Source: Styela clava (lineage: Eukaryota). Taken from it: 64,000 bases of DNA. Each line of letters opens with the position of its first letter. Position 1 is the first letter of the stretch. Made by a program: the position numbers and the translations under genes. Under the pieces are notes generated by a model. The model did not search any database. It was not told the DNA's origin and was given only the letters and a program-made list of their open reading frames with translations. Below are positions 29,523-43,854 of this stretch, in pieces. The stretch is taken from contig NC_135250.1 of assembly GCF_964204865.1 (NCBI RefSeq), positions 14,322,001 to 14,386,000 on the forward strand. The letters run 5' to 3'.

Positions 29523-32500
29523 TTCTGCATTCGTTTGTGCTTATTAAGTATAGTACTTGTTTTTTTAAGAAAAAATAAAAATACAAACATTTATGTATGA
29601 TATTAGTTATTAACAGTTTTGTGATTTCAGTCCGATACAAAGTTGACTCGATTGTGTTTGTACAATTGTTTAGTACAAATTGGTTCATCTTTATTGAATA
29701 TTGTAACACTTAATTTTTATATGAGTTATCAAAATACTATTTTGCTACATTTCAACTAAAGTACAAAGGAATTTTTTCAGTAATTTTGTTTAATATATCA
29801 ACAAGTACTATCTTTCAGAACTTTCCATTCTTAAATTATTTGTTATGACACTACAAATAAATATTAAACAAATATATAAGAAGCGGAGTTTTGAATAAAG
29901 TAATTTCAAATGTCACAACGTGTCGCATTATTTAACGTGTTTTTAAAACAAAACAATTAGATAGATGTGAGAATATCCTTTACTTTTGCATATATATATA
30001 TATACATATTGCACTTAATTTTGAGTACTTTCTGCCGCGCTTGCAATCAACATTTTTTATTTGCCACACAATTCATGTTTTCGGTGTTTTTTTTTTGTAT
30101 CTTGCATTGTTGAATGTAAATTGTACGAGATTATATAATTAACTTTTTGTGTCTAATATGCTTTTTCATAAATATAAATAACAAAATGTTTTGACTGAAT
30201 TTGCATGAAACTGATGATAATATCAAGAGAAAGAGACACGGGTCATGCTAGCAAATGGGACAGATGTCTTACAGATGTTCTTTCCAAACAAAAAACACTA
30301 ATCAACGCATTGGCTCTGGAACTATCTTAATTTGATAAACAGTATCCTGTTGGTCTATGTTAGGCGCATAGGGGGTTCAGAGAGAGAATACTTTCTCCGT
30401 GATTTGTGTTTACTTGCTCTCATGCGGTTCAAAGTTACAAACGACAAGTTTTGATAGAATTTAAATCAAACTAATATGTATTAGTCAAGCAATGACTAGA
30501 TTTCATTACGACAACCCTAATACAGAAGGGCCTAAATACTGAAATTCAGGAAAGGGTCCATAAATGGAAAACAACTGGGAGTCACGAGGGAGGATAAAAA
30601 GATGAGACTTCGTGAGAAGTTTATGATGCCGAACCTTCGCGATGCCATTCACCTGGTAACACAAAAAAGGACAAAGAAATATTTGTATAACCACGCATAA
30701 ATATTATCATCGCAAAACCGACCAGTTGTACACTCACCTAGAAGACTTGGTAAGGTTGGGATTCAGGGAATGACTGAGTTTAAAATTTTGGGCTTGGGAT
30801 TCTTCAGAATTTCAACACAACAATAGTTTTAATAGTAAACACATTTAGATCCATAGACATTGTGTAAAACATGGGCGCACAAGAACTGATATCATTAAGG
30901 AGGCTATAGATTTCATTCGTCAATATAGCCAAGAGCTAAAAAGAACGTCAGGTTTGAGTGTTTCATGCACCTTTTTTAGGTCTGGTTATGTCTGTTCTTT
31001 TCTATACCAAAAGCTAAGTAGGGCTGGCGGAAGAGTTGCTGACACGAAATATTCGAAGTCAACTTTGAACAGCCTGGGTTTTAATGAACGTAGTAGGATC
31101 CCTGTCCTTGCTTTTCCTCACTCAGAGCTTTAAAATTTGGCTTGTAATTTGTGACTTTTAGTGGAACACATGCTTCGAAATAAATATCCGTGGGGCGATT
31201 GCGACGATGGCTCAAGACAAACTTCATGTGCAAAAACAATTGTTTGCCCGAGTACGTTGTGATCCGAATACAGAAAACAAGGCTTTTGCTACGTCTTCAA
31301 GATCACCAAAAGTGTCCGGCAATGATGACCAAAACTGCAATATCAAAGTTGAACGATTGGACTTGCTCGTTCACAATACCGCAGATCTCAAATCAATCAG
31401 CTACATACAAAACATTCATCCAATTAAATATAGACAAATGTAAATCGCCATAGCTAACTGGTTTGATTAGGAACAAAAAAAAAATTAACCAAAACGCCGG
31501 AAGTCTCGAAATCTATTGCAAAATTGCGTCTACAGTTTACTCATATAGCCGCCCTGTGATCACACGGAAATTAGAAAAAAGGAAAGTGGAACTTTGAACA
31601 CCTTAGATAGAAATCAAGTTTGGCTGCAAAATATTTCCACGTCTCAGAAAGATCCAACACTGTTTACCCAGCACCTTGCAAACGAACGGTACAAGTATGT
31701 AGTAATATCTGCAAGAAACAACAAATCCACATGCCATTTTTCGTCTTTTAATTCAGGGTAGTTTTTCTTTGGTTCGACAGCAAAATATTTATGTCATCCG
31801 GACATTGAACAAACGAGATGCAGTCATCTCATCAAGAACGAAATTGCAGGTGAGTAATTGAAGTACGGGTAACAATGAAGTAAACAATTTAAGTTGTGAT
31901 CGCTATCACACTAGCAAGATTCAAATTGGGAATCTTAGCGCAAAGGCTTTCCTGATGAATTTTGCAGTCAAACTTCATGACCGGATGGCCAATTGTCTGA
32001 TCCACAAGCGCAACAAAGCCACGATCTCGTCCACTTGTCTTACAGCTAATATTTTATCAATATCAAATTTTCCTTTTTTAAAGTGATAAATTTTCCAAGT
32101 ATGTCTGATTCTTTTATAGACAACACATAGACAGCACAAATGTTCCTGCCTATAGCTCTCTCCGTATTGGTCGACGATATGAACCCGTAGCAACGATTTC
32201 GCGCTTATCTGGAAACTGCACTCGCTGAGGTTTTTGGTTAATCTTTGAGTATTTGGTATTTCTATTTTGCCACAGTTTCTGCGATGCAGCTTGCAATAAT
32301 GTCAAATTTACCGAATTAGTTTATTCAAACCGTATAAATATGAAAAAGTCAGCCCTTCCACGTCACTTCAAGTTCAATAAAAGTCAGATGAATTTCTGAA
32401 TTCAATTTTGAATATTATTTTGGGTGGAAATAACCCTTCATCATTTTTAGCTTAATCAGATTTTTAACGTAATATAGATGCGGCGTATGTATCCAAAACG

Positions 32501-34536
32501 CTTCAGAAGATGTTAAGATCACTCTTCGACACTTGCTAATATGTTCAACAATTTCGTGAGTGCATCTGTAACAAAACGACCTTTCAAAAAATTTGAATAA
32601 AACATTAACAATGGGCCGTAAGAATAAAAAATGAAAACAAAATTGAGACTAGTAAGACATTTTTGTAATTTATTGCTTTCTGAATATAAAAATTCTGTTA
32701 ATATTGTTCAAGGGTCGTTTGTTTTTTAAAAGTTCGTTTCCATGAAAGCATATTCAGCTATTTTTAAAACTTTGTCCAGCAATGTTACAAACAACTTTGT
32801 CTAGAGATGATACAAACAGCGAATGGCGACACAGATATTGAATTTTATTACACCCATCAAAATCAGCTAACTTGGGCAGAAATAAAACGCGCATCGTGAC
32901 TATGACAACAACACTGTAAACTGCTCAAGATATGTTATAAGTACACTTTAGATTCCACCCAGATATTTTTAGATTTTCCCTTGTCGCGGTATGATTCATG
33001 CGTAAAACAGACTACTATTACAGGCTTTATCGATTATTCATAGTTGATTAGATTTGTGATGGTTGGATCTTGACCCTAAGTATTTCAAGAGTCCATATCT
33101 CTTTATTGGAATCTACACGGAGGAGTCGCGTAATCTTTCCCACGATTCTATCGGTAACTTCCAAATCCATTCCCTCATTCAACTTCCTGCTATGTAAATC
33201 TTTTCATACATGACTGAGCTTGAATAAGGCGAATATTTCTGCCCCATATTGTATTTCAAAAATGCAATTTAATTTAGATCTCGTTTTCACCAGTCTAGTA
33301 TGGAAAACTACAGATATTCATGCGATGGTCTTGTGATGTCACTTTCAATTATATTCTTTGGCGTGTGAAAGTGGTTTGTTGTTGTGGTGTAACCATAGAT
33401 AATAACTAATGTACATTACTAAGTCCAATGTTTATTGCATGTGAATTCCCACAATATCAAAACAACTCGTGGGATTTCAAACTCGACCTATTGACAGTGC
33501 ATACATGTTATTAAAGTTTTCGAAGATCATAACATTACCAGTAAATTATTATCTTAAATTATGGCAATTCAACTTGTTCGCTTCTGTTATTGTGACAAGT
33601 TGTCTCTGATAGTAAACTGTGTGGAAAATGGCCCAATGATGCGTTTTTCATTATGATATTACAATTTGCCCAAAAATATCATGTTCAAAAATTTTTATAA
33701 TAAAATATTTTGCAATATTATCGTCATTTTACTGACCGCGCGTTTGACTATCGTTTGCGTTGACTATCGGCAGTCCTGGTCGTACATTTTTTTTGTCGAA
33801 TATATATTTCATCTACCGATGTTTAATTTAATTAATATTTTCGGTGGTCAAGTTCAAGATGAAACCGAAAGATATGCCTCAGCTGATGATATTATTGAAA
33901 TATGTGGTAGAGAGCTGGCGCCACACAGACGTTCTGTTGTTATTCCAGGCAGCGTTTTCATCTGTTTTCTACTCCTATTGTGAATGCCAGCTAGCAATAT
34001 ATTCTCATCAAATATTGAGCGTGGCAATATGCCAGTCTGTTTCCAATGTAAACGTGATGTACCGTTGCTATTGTCCAAATCGATTTTCGATACAAACAGG
34101 TTCATAAAGAAAATGGAAAAATACCAGTGTTAGGAAATGAAATTCTATTTTACGAAATAGAAAGAGATATATTTATATTAATATTAGAACAATAAATTGC
34201 GATTGGGGCAACACTTAGACGTGAAACATATCGTGAATACGTTTATAAGTCCCTGACGGGCACTTGCCCAGGCTTGAAAGTAAAAAGACGGCTGGAGTTT
34301 ATTGCTGTCATTTTACGCCCCAGTTTAAAAAAAAATTCAAAATTAAATTCCACAGACATATATACTTGTCACAGTTGTATATTACAACTTGCAATATAAC
34401 AACCCGTATTGACATAAAAAATATCAGGAATATAATTTTATATTTTGGTATTTCAATATGTGACTGAGCATATGACTACATAGATAATTTCAGGATTTTT
34501 CAGTGACCAGCGTCCACCATTGGATGAATCTCAATA

Positions 34537-36219
34537 TCGTCAGGCTAATAACCGAATTGCGTAAGTCAGGGGTGTGCAACCTTTTTCGCAAGCGGGCCAA
34601 ATATCAATAACTGGGTAAAATCGCGGGCCGCACCTTCATTTAACATAGGCTTTCTATTAGTTGCAGGCACATAATAGTTTCTTTTTGTTATTGATCATCA
34701 TGGGGGTTCCTTGCATAAAACGCATGAATATCTTGAAACTGTAATCCAAATATATATATTGTCACACCCAATTTAAACGAATTCGGTGAGAAATTTGCTG
34801 CTGGATTCTTTTCCCGACTACTTTTATCCAAATTTGCCTAAATGCAGTGCTAGCAATTTGATATGACGCTCATTTTAGAAAAAATTATGTAACCGAAAAG
34901 TGCCGTATTTGAAGCCATGACTTTTTTCAAATTAAAAAAGTTATCTTAGTTGAGATGTTTTTGGTATAATACGCCAAGATTCATTTCCAAATACTTTGCT
35001 GTCAAATATTATTCTAGATTAGATTTCAACAAAATCAACTGATAGGCTGAAACCAAAACTCATTTAGCTTTTGTATCTCTTAATATTACATTTTTTCAAA
35101 CTGCTTTCCAGTTGCCTAATCTTCAATTGTCCGTTCTTACAAATTCATTAGCGTCTGCTCCGCATTTTTCTTTCAATTGTCTGCTGCTCGGCAAGTGACA
35201 CAGCTTCCTTATGAATCGCGTTGTTCGCTTCGCTGTGAGGACTTTGTAACGTCATAGGCATAGATAATAAATTTGACTCGAATATAAGCTTTGCAACGCA
35301 AAGAGAACCAGATCAAACCCAATTAAAAACTAATTCAGCTTGCCGCACACCATTCAAAATTGACACTCCTCCGCGGGCCGTACAATTTGTCCTCGCGGGC
35401 CGCACCTTGCACACCGCTGGCGTAAGTCATTTTTGGCGGTTTTGAGTTTTTTTATAAAATAGTTATTTATGTAATGCTGCGCACCAGTCTGTTAACTCAG
35501 ATTTTATCCCAAGAATTTCGAAACCCATGAAAATCGAGATTATGTGTGGCATGCGTATTCTTGCAATTGTTTCGTCATAATTAATTGTCATCGATTAGCG
35601 TAGGACTATTGTGACGTCACAAAGGCAAAATAAGATCTGGCGAAGTATTTTCGAGTTTTGGCATCTTATATTCTAGCTTAGCGCTTATAAATTTGAATTT
35701 ACTCTCCAGCGCAGAAAAGTGTGTATCTGTGATATTCACTATCTTAGTCCAATTCACATTGATTGGCTCTTTTTCAAGGGTGCATTGCAATTTGATCTTA
35801 ATATTTCATATATATGAAAAACCTTGTTTTCGGTAGTGCAGAGCGCGTTATATTAATAACATGATTGTTTTAAACATAAAAATAATGTTATTGAAATAGA
35901 TACGCTTTTGTGGGCATTAGACATCGTAGATACTGGGAATTATATACGTTTTTCGAATGTTTAGTTCTCAGGACTGGTGTATATAGCAAAGTTGCGTATG
36001 TCCCCAAGTCATAGGCACATTTCAGCGTAAGTCACAGTGTGCCATTATGACGTCACATACCTGCATCATACATATTAACTTAAATCCGGCTACGACTAAA
36101 AAAATGAACCATAGGAAATTATTGACTCTCAATGGCATAACAATATCATTAGGGAGTTTTTTACGTTCTTCTCAAAACTGCTAAAAATGACTTACGCAAT
36201 TCGGTTATTAGCGTGACGA
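34537..36219. mobile_element. TA-TSD (Tc1/mariner-like) non-autonomous element with ~50-bp TIRs, inserted in duplicated exon 2
   Basis: TIR TCGTCA(G/C)GCTAATAACCGAATTGCGTAAGTCATTTTT at both ends. The empty site CAA-TA-TGC at 26224-26231 in the parent gene shows a TA duplication. Confidence 0.9.
34567..35419. mobile_element. hAT-type MITE nested in the left TIR of the TA element
   Basis: Termini CAGGGGTGTGCAA...TTGCACACCGCTG; perfect 8-bp TSD GCGTAAGT (34559-34566, 35420-35427); subterminal GCGGGCC motifs. Confidence 0.9.
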
Positions 36220-39028
36220 TATGCTCTTTGTCACTGGGCCAAGAAAAAGCCGCTTTGCAGTCACAAACAACCCAGCAAATCCAAAATTGTAGGATCTCAC
36301 ACCTGGTGTGCTTTTCGGGTAAGAACCTCGATTATTCCACTTTCAAGTATAGTTCCAGGTTCAAGTATAGTTTTCAAGTTCAAGAAGACTGACCATTTCC
36401 AATGATAAATGCTTTACGCACTTAACCAAACCCCGCCGATACGATTTTGGTGGTCTATCGTACTTAATCGAAATTGAAAGCTTTTTATTCCACATTTTTG
36501 TCCTACCCAAGACGATGTTAGTTTTCATTCAAATTTTCAATACTTTCAAAGTGATATTTCATCTATATGAAAAATTATCTGAGCATAAAAGGTAGCATTG
36601 ATTAACGTTTTGCGCTCGGTCGCTGTCCGTCTCTATTGAACCCGCAAATTATCACAAGTACATAATTTCGAAAAACATCACGAGAATTGCGGGAGGGCGA
36701 TATTTTCAGAATCGCGCGGTTAGTCTTGTTAGTGAAGACGCAAACCAAAGTATTCTCACGCCAATATATCGGGGTGTCTTCCCGTGTTTGGCGAGTGAAG
36801 ATGCCATATAAGAACATTTCAGTTGTTTTGGGGAGTGTGGGAATCAAAGGGAACTAATATGAAGAGAATGGCGGTCTAGGCTGTGTGTTCGGTAGTAAGC
36901 ATGGATCATATATATTTGACTCCCACATCCCGAACTGCAAGCGCCCATACAGCGTTTTTTTTGTACTCCATTAGAATTACAAAATAAAATATAGGTCGGT
37001 TTACAATACGATTAATTATTTTGTTACAGTATACTTTGCAGACTCACAAGGAAGAAAGACTATGCTTTGAAAAAACGAAGCCTTACAAAAAAGGTAATTA
37101 GCAATGAATATAACGTTAATAAGCCAAGATATATTCATTTATCTATTTGCAAAATTTTACTCTTTACCAATTTTTCTAAATGTAAGGAATATTGGTGTCT
37201 GTTCGTTACCCAACTGTATTTGGCATCATTGAACTGTATCGAATACAAATTTGTAACACAGCCTGAGTTTTTGAACGTTATTCAAGCATGTTCTTTAGAT
37301 AAACCTGAATAGCAACTCTTACTCAACAATCGTTCGTACAGGCGTCGGAATACATCGATATAGATATGTACATTAATTCTTTGAGACGTTCACAAATAAA
37401 GGCAATATTTACCAATTTCTAGTCCTATTTTGCCTTTTCTACTACAAATTAAAGACTATTCCTACCATTTATAGATTATGCTCTGACAAATATTTGTCAC
37501 TATGAATAGTGATTTCATATCATTATTTTTCTCATCATTTTCAATCAGGTCAAAAGATTGATAAAGGAAATGGTCACAAAATGAATATGTTTGACATTGA
37601 AGTCACTCCACCATCGGATTTCCATGAGACAAGTCGAATTATAAAGATTACTCATTCTGAACAATTGCGTGAATGTATAACCGAAGCTTCACATATGCTG
37701 AATTAATATCTCAATATTTTTATTATCGATTACCGAATGAATGATCGAATGAAAGGTTGAGTACCAATCATCATTTTCTGCGTTATATTATACATATAAG
37801 AACACTTCAATTAAGAAAATATATCTAAGAACTCTCCGCTTCTGACACGTATATGTATGTATATATTATACGTGTATACACATACATGTAATGGGTTTCT
37901 TGTAATAGGTGCTCGGTAAACGGAACAGTGTCATGTTCTTAATGTGGAGGTTGTGGTACTCTGCCTTGCATCAAGTGTCACGGATCTCCTGGAGGAGTAA
38001 GTCATTTGATTTTATGTTTACGATTTTATATTTTTAATATACTCAATGAATTATACTTGATGAGCAAAAAAGAACGATGTCGATGAGACATATTATACAG
38101 TATTGTGACGATGAATCTGGCGGGGTGAGAGCTTTACATATGTCTGGTCAGAATTCAGATAGTTAATGCAAGTGTGTTCATTTTTATTTACATCAAGTTT
38201 TTTTTTATTATCATTTTTCAGCCCGATTACGGCTGTCATTGTCACGGAAGAGGAGAAAGGTGGGAATAACATTTGAAAAATGTATATTTGATAAGATCAA
38301 GACTTATGTGTAATAGGTTTACTTGCAAGTTTTTATACTCAAGAATAAACAGAACTATTTGCATAATTACCAGCATTATCGAAATATTGTTTTTGGTGTA
38401 TTTAACCCTATAACGTTCATTGTGTGTGTTACCAATTTACCTGTTGATCTTTCAATCTTCTGAAACATGAAAATAACTATCGACTTTTGTTCTAACCTAT
38501 CTTCCCTTATATACCATTTTTTGAAACTTTATTCCTGTTTAATTGCATATTTTGTACTAAAGTAATCATTTTTTTAACTGCAGGAGTTGTGGTCGGCAGA
38601 GAAGAACACCTTGCAAATTATGCCTAGGAAGTGGTCAAGTTATTAGCTACAAAGAGCTCTTGAAGTCAGATGGTGAGTATTAATTAGTATAATGTCCATT
38701 AGTTTTATACAACCCATTTAATATATTATATGCGTTATATAACAGACCAATTAATAGATAATTGTTAGACGTAATATGCATGTTTAGCGTTAAACCACTC
38801 ATTTTCGAGTTTACGACATATGAAAGATTCTCGTGTCAGGCGCAAACGATCTTTTTAAGTAATAAGATTAAAAGAGAATAGTCGAGCAGTTTTGTTTTAT
38901 GTGACTGATATTTCTCCATATCAGCTTCCAATATTTGGTTCACAGGACTAATGCCATACGTGGAAGAACATGCAGAAGTTCCAACGAAACATCTGCTAAA
39001 GAAAAGGGCCTTATTCAAGTAATATCCG

Positions 39029-41788
39029 TATTCGCCTTATTCAAGCTCAGCCACGTATTAACAGATTGCTATTTACATAGCAGGAAGTTGAAAAGGGGAA
39101 TGAATTTGGAACTAATCGGTCCCATAGAATCGTGGGAAAGATTACGCGACCCCTCCGTATAGATTTCAATAAAGAGATATATATAAACTCTTGAAATACT
39201 TGGGGTCAAGATCCAGCAATCACAAATGTAATCAAATATGAATAATAGATAAAGCATGTAATATTAGTCTGTTTTACGCATGACTCATACCGCGAGAAAG
39301 GAGAATCTAAAAATATCTGGAGAAATCTAAAGTGTACTTATAACATATCTTGACCATTTTACCTTTTATGCCACTATTATTGTTATAGTCAAGGTGCGAG
39401 ATTTGTTTCTGCCCAAGTTAGCGAATTTTGCTGGGTGTAATAAAATTTAATATCTGCGTTCGTTGTTACCTATCGATCTTAAGATTGGTAAGTATGTTGA
39501 TAGGTATTTGTCTGTATGTCTGTTTGTATGTCTGTTAGATGAACGCGATATCTCAAGAAGGCGAGGTTGAATCTGCTCCAAATTTTGCATGTGCATTCAT
39601 CATATCTCGGACCAGAAGCCTATTGATTTTGGATGAATTATAAGCGAGTTATCAATTAATTAGTGATGGGACACGCGGTGTCACTATATAGTCATGAATC
39701 GAAACCGCAGTTTCGATCGATAAGTCATCGGTGTCCGACCGATATTCTCGTTTGTAACATTGCTAGACAAAATTTTGATACCTGGATGTGCTTTCATGGA
39801 AAGAACAAACGACCCTTGAATAATATCCAAAAAAATTACTATTTTCAGAAAGCAACAGCTAACTAAACTATTTTACTAGTCTCAATTTTGTTTACATTCC
39901 CTTTTCATACGGCTCATTGCTAATGTTTCATTTGAATTTTCCAAAACAAATGCATTTACGGAATTGTTGAACACTTCAGCAAGTGTCGAAGAGTGATCCC
40001 AACATTTTTTGAAGCGTTTTGGATACATACGCCGCATCTAGATTATGTTAAAAATCTTATTAGGCCAAGATTATTTCCACCTAAAATAATGTTAAAAATT
40101 GGATTCAGAAATTCATCAAACTTTTAATAAACATGAAGTGTCCTGGATGTGCTGACGCTTTTGATATTTATTCCGTTAGAATGAGGTAAACTACCAAGCA
40201 GAGACGGAGAGCATTTGAGCTCGATCTTTCGATCGACTGTAATAGTCAGCCTCGTTGCCCGGCAATTGCATTTAGGGGGATTTAATAACGTAATTTGAAC
40301 GATTTTCTTGGTTACCAGATCGGCACCTTGTTACCTCGAAACATTAAGTAAAACAAAGCGAACAAAAGCCTCAATGGAATGGTAAACTAATTAACAATTG
40401 AGTTAGCGGTGTTTCGATATTCAATATATATCGCCTATTACTCATACAGACAAAATCTGGGCATAACGAGATTTAAAAGCTAGAGTTTTCAATAGCGTGC
40501 GATTTTGAAAGTACTTCATTTTGTAAGTTTAAAAGCGGTAATATCGTATGACATTTGATGAGTCTGAAGAGAATTCTTATTAGCAAAATCAAAAAAATCG
40601 CTCGTGAATGTGATCTTTAGCCATGGGCCTATTTTTAACTCAGATTTTTTATGAATGCATCACGATGTGCGTCGTTTTTTTTTTTTTCACAAAACATTTT
40701 CTGATTGACCGTAGTCTTTTATATTCAGTATTATTTATTATTCTCTAAAAGTTCCACAATTGTTTTTCTGCTACTTCTTACATTTATAAAATTTTCAAAC
40801 AAACTTACATCTCGTAATCAACATCGACGGTCATCGACGTTTAACCTCATTGCCGAATTCAAGTCGTTCACTCTACAACTACATATGTAATCAATTCCAG
40901 GTGCGTTTATGTCTCCACCTTGTCCAGAGTATGTTAAAGTAAAATCGATTTCCAACTCTGATGAAATATAATTGGTCCTTCTGCGAGAATGGCCACGAGA
41001 CCACTGCCGGGATGTGTCAGAAAGGCGGGTAATATCGAAATTATCGTAAGACCCGGACGAGTTCAAATGCGGTCACCACTGATATTTAAGTTCACAAAAG
41101 TCGGATATATCTCTTCATATTTTGGCGGTGGCGATCTATGTTGTGATTGTTGGTATTCTCGCTCTTTGGCATTTTTTAATTTTGAAGAACGGGTGGAAAA
41201 CCCATTTTCGGTAGTCCAGTCTCGTAACCAGAGTTTGTCTCGTAACCCGGCAATCCTGACCTTCTACTTTCAGGAGCTGAGTAACTCCTCCGTCGCATTT
41301 TGTTTTTCGTGCTAGATATAGCGACAACGTCGTAGTCACTTCTACTACACGTATTGTGATCAAAGATCAGTAATAAATTTGTATAAAATGTATTAATGCA
41401 CAATGATTAAGGTTAAGTTCACTTTAAATACCACCTGTCTGACACTTACACTTCGATATCTCGCTTCAGTTGTCGACCGATCGTCTCAGTCGGTGGAAAA
41501 TTCCGTGTAGCGTACCGTGAATATAATACTAAATACACCAACACTGTTTTAGGTCGCGATTTTATCTTGCAAATTCACAAACATAACAAACTCGTGATTT
41601 ACAACAAACAATACAACTTACATTGCTTCAGATCCCTATAAAGTGTAACTGCTTGTATCAATTACCTTAGTTCGAACTTAAAGTCATGGTTATAGGTAGA
41701 CAGCATTTTGTCAGTTAAAGTCACGTTTGCATAGTACGTAATTTACTTTATATGGTTTAATCTGTCCAAATAAAAAAATAACGCAACT
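39029..41788 (-). pseudogene. Inverted duplicate of the SSUH2-like upstream region, exon 1 and start of intron 1
   Basis: Reverse complement of ~21444-24893 with internal deletions. Minus-strand ORF fragments 41176-41403 and 40818-41066 are frameshifted homologs of exon 1 (RSDYDVVAISS, RQWSRGHSRRRT, AMRLNV). Confidence 0.9.
39467..39751 (+). mobile_element. Helentron/DINE-1-like non-autonomous insertion
   Basis: Absent from the paralogous site (~24440). Inserted in a T-rich target with no obvious TSD; contains a (TGTC/TGTA)n microsatellite and a short 3' inverted motif ending ATTCTCGTT. The family assignment is inferred from architecture. Confidence 0.6.
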
Positions 41789-41929
41789 TGTAATAGACTT
41801 TGGATCGAAGAAGCGCGATATCCTTATCTAATGCAATGGCCACAACTAGTTCGCCATACCATAGTATGAGTATACTGTTGGCGGCTTACGGCCAGGCCGA
41901 GTACGCTTGGAACGTTTTTGGCGTGTGGG

Positions 41930-43854
41930 CAGCGTCGGATTAACCATCAAACAATAAAAGCACGTGCTTAGGGCACCAAGCAATGAGGGGCATCACATAA
42001 ATTTTAGAGCAGAATTTTATATAGTTTATCGATGTTTATTAAAATATTACGAGTTTACCAGACGACTCAAACTTCAAAATGTTCGCTTATTTTTCGTCTT
42101 CAAGTATATATCATATTAATCTTCTTCATGGACCTTTCCCCGAGCTTCGACTTCCTTGTGTACATCGTGGCATACATTGGCCAATCAGCAAGAGGCAAAA
42201 AATGACATAACAAAGTACCCCTTTCGCATCCGCTCAGACACTTTTCTCACTCAGACAGATTTTCAGGCGTGGCCGTAAACATTATCTCGTTTTTGCGTCC
42301 TCTATTCGTTAGTTTTCAGTTGTGTTTCGGAAATTAAAAAAATATAAATCAGATAATTCAATGGTCACTGTGTCTTCCTAGGAGTTTTTTAATTGCAGTA
42401 ATAAAAAATTAGTGTAGAAATAGCTGTGATAGACTAGGCTAAAATTCTTTACCGGTACTTTTAAAAAACAGATTGTTGTATGCGATGAATCATAATGATG
42501 GTTTGAAACACATACCTCATTTTACAGGCGCTAACTCGCGAAACCACTCTTAAAATAAGGCCCGAAAATTTTGCAATGGTGAAGTATAGGAAGAATTTTT
42601 CGGGGGTCAAAGGTCGGGGAAAAGTCCATCAAAAATAAACATTGAAACTTATTCATTGGACACGAAATGGGCCTATGAGTCGTTTTCTCAAATTGTTGTT
42701 GTTTTTTTCTTCCTAGTATTATCCTTGTTGCTGCATTTTTGTTTTAATAAACTTTCTTTTTTCTCCAACAATTGGATCAATAAACTATCTGCACTATGTG
42801 TCGGTTCCCCGATCGCATTTCAACGATCTAGTGGTCAGCGAAGTCGGGAGTTTTTTATAAGATAGACCAGGGTGGTCCAAACCCTGTCATGCTGATACAT
42901 TCCGTGCGGCTCACAGAACAATTTTTAGTGTATATTTGTATCTAATAGAAGAACGTTTTTGAGTTTTTTTTAAGCTATTCCAACTGGGGTTGGGATCCCG
43001 AGATTCAAAACCTTTTTTTAACGCTTTGTGACTTTATTTTAGTAAAAACACTTCTCTGTTTTCAAGCGTCGGCCATGTGATAGTAGTGACGAAACGCACA
43101 GACGACTTAACGCCGCCCAATCCATTTTTTTTTAGCTGGGTCCCGAAATATCAACTTAGACGGACTTGGTTGGTATTTGACGATGGCACTAAGCTTGCTC
43201 ACGCTGCAAGTTTTTAAATTACTCAAATATAACAATTCGTAATAAAATGTGTCACAAGGAAGATGACATAAGGAAAATTAACTTTAAAATAACTGAAGGC
43301 TTTATATATCTTCTTTAAAAGAACGCCACCCATGCAACATAATAATAGTCTGAATAGAACGGTAAACTCTCGTTGTTTATTAAATTTAAAGTAAATAAAC
43401 TCGCGATGTTTCGATCACTTTTGGGTTTTCTCCGACTTGCGGCCCGCGAGACCTTCTTAAATGTTTTTACGGTCCTTCAACCTAAAAACCTTGAACCACT
43501 CTTTGAGGTAGACTACTAGGAACCAGTAAAATTTCAAACTACAGTTGTGACTTTGGTATTTTGATTCACGTTGCGATTGGAGGCATGAATCTTTATTGTC
43601 ACACTCTCTCAAGATTAGAGCTCAACGGATATATCGGCCCGATATTGCGTGTTTGCCGATATATGCCGATATGTTTTTCGATATATATATCGGCCATATA
43701 TACCAGTTAAAAAATCTAAAAATGTTCCTAAAAGTTGTTTTATTTACTGTTGGTTGTGATTTTTTTCAATAGATAATACACTTATTAAATTACACATAAG
43801 GGGGCACCAAAGTTTTCAGTGTTTAGGGCACCAAAGGGGCTTAATCCGCCCCTG
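41930..43854. mobile_element. hAT-type non-autonomous element interrupting the Gypsy protease
   Basis: Imperfect TIR CAGCGTCGGATTAA / TTAATCCGCCCCTG; subterminal TAGGGCACCAA repeats; degenerate 8-bp TSD CGTGTGGG / TATGTGGG. The protease sequence resumes on both sides. Confidence 0.75.
42868..43504. mobile_element. hAT(Charlie)-like MITE nested in the 41930-43854 element
   Basis: CAGGGTGGTCCAA...TTGAACCACTCTTTG termini; TSD AGATAGAC / AGGTAGAC (7/8); GCGGCCCGCGA subterminal motif. Confidence 0.65.

Larger units (their letters stand above)
32365..39008 (+). pseudogene. Direct partial duplicate of the SSUH2-like gene (intron 1 to part of exon 9)
   Basis: Collinear with ~24231-29040. Exon 2 is split by a 1.7-kb nested MITE, the exon 4 donor is lost, there is an in-frame TAA at 37940-37942 (GAA in the parent) and a 2-nt insertion in exon 8 (~38656), and exon 9 is truncated. 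Confidence 0.9.
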
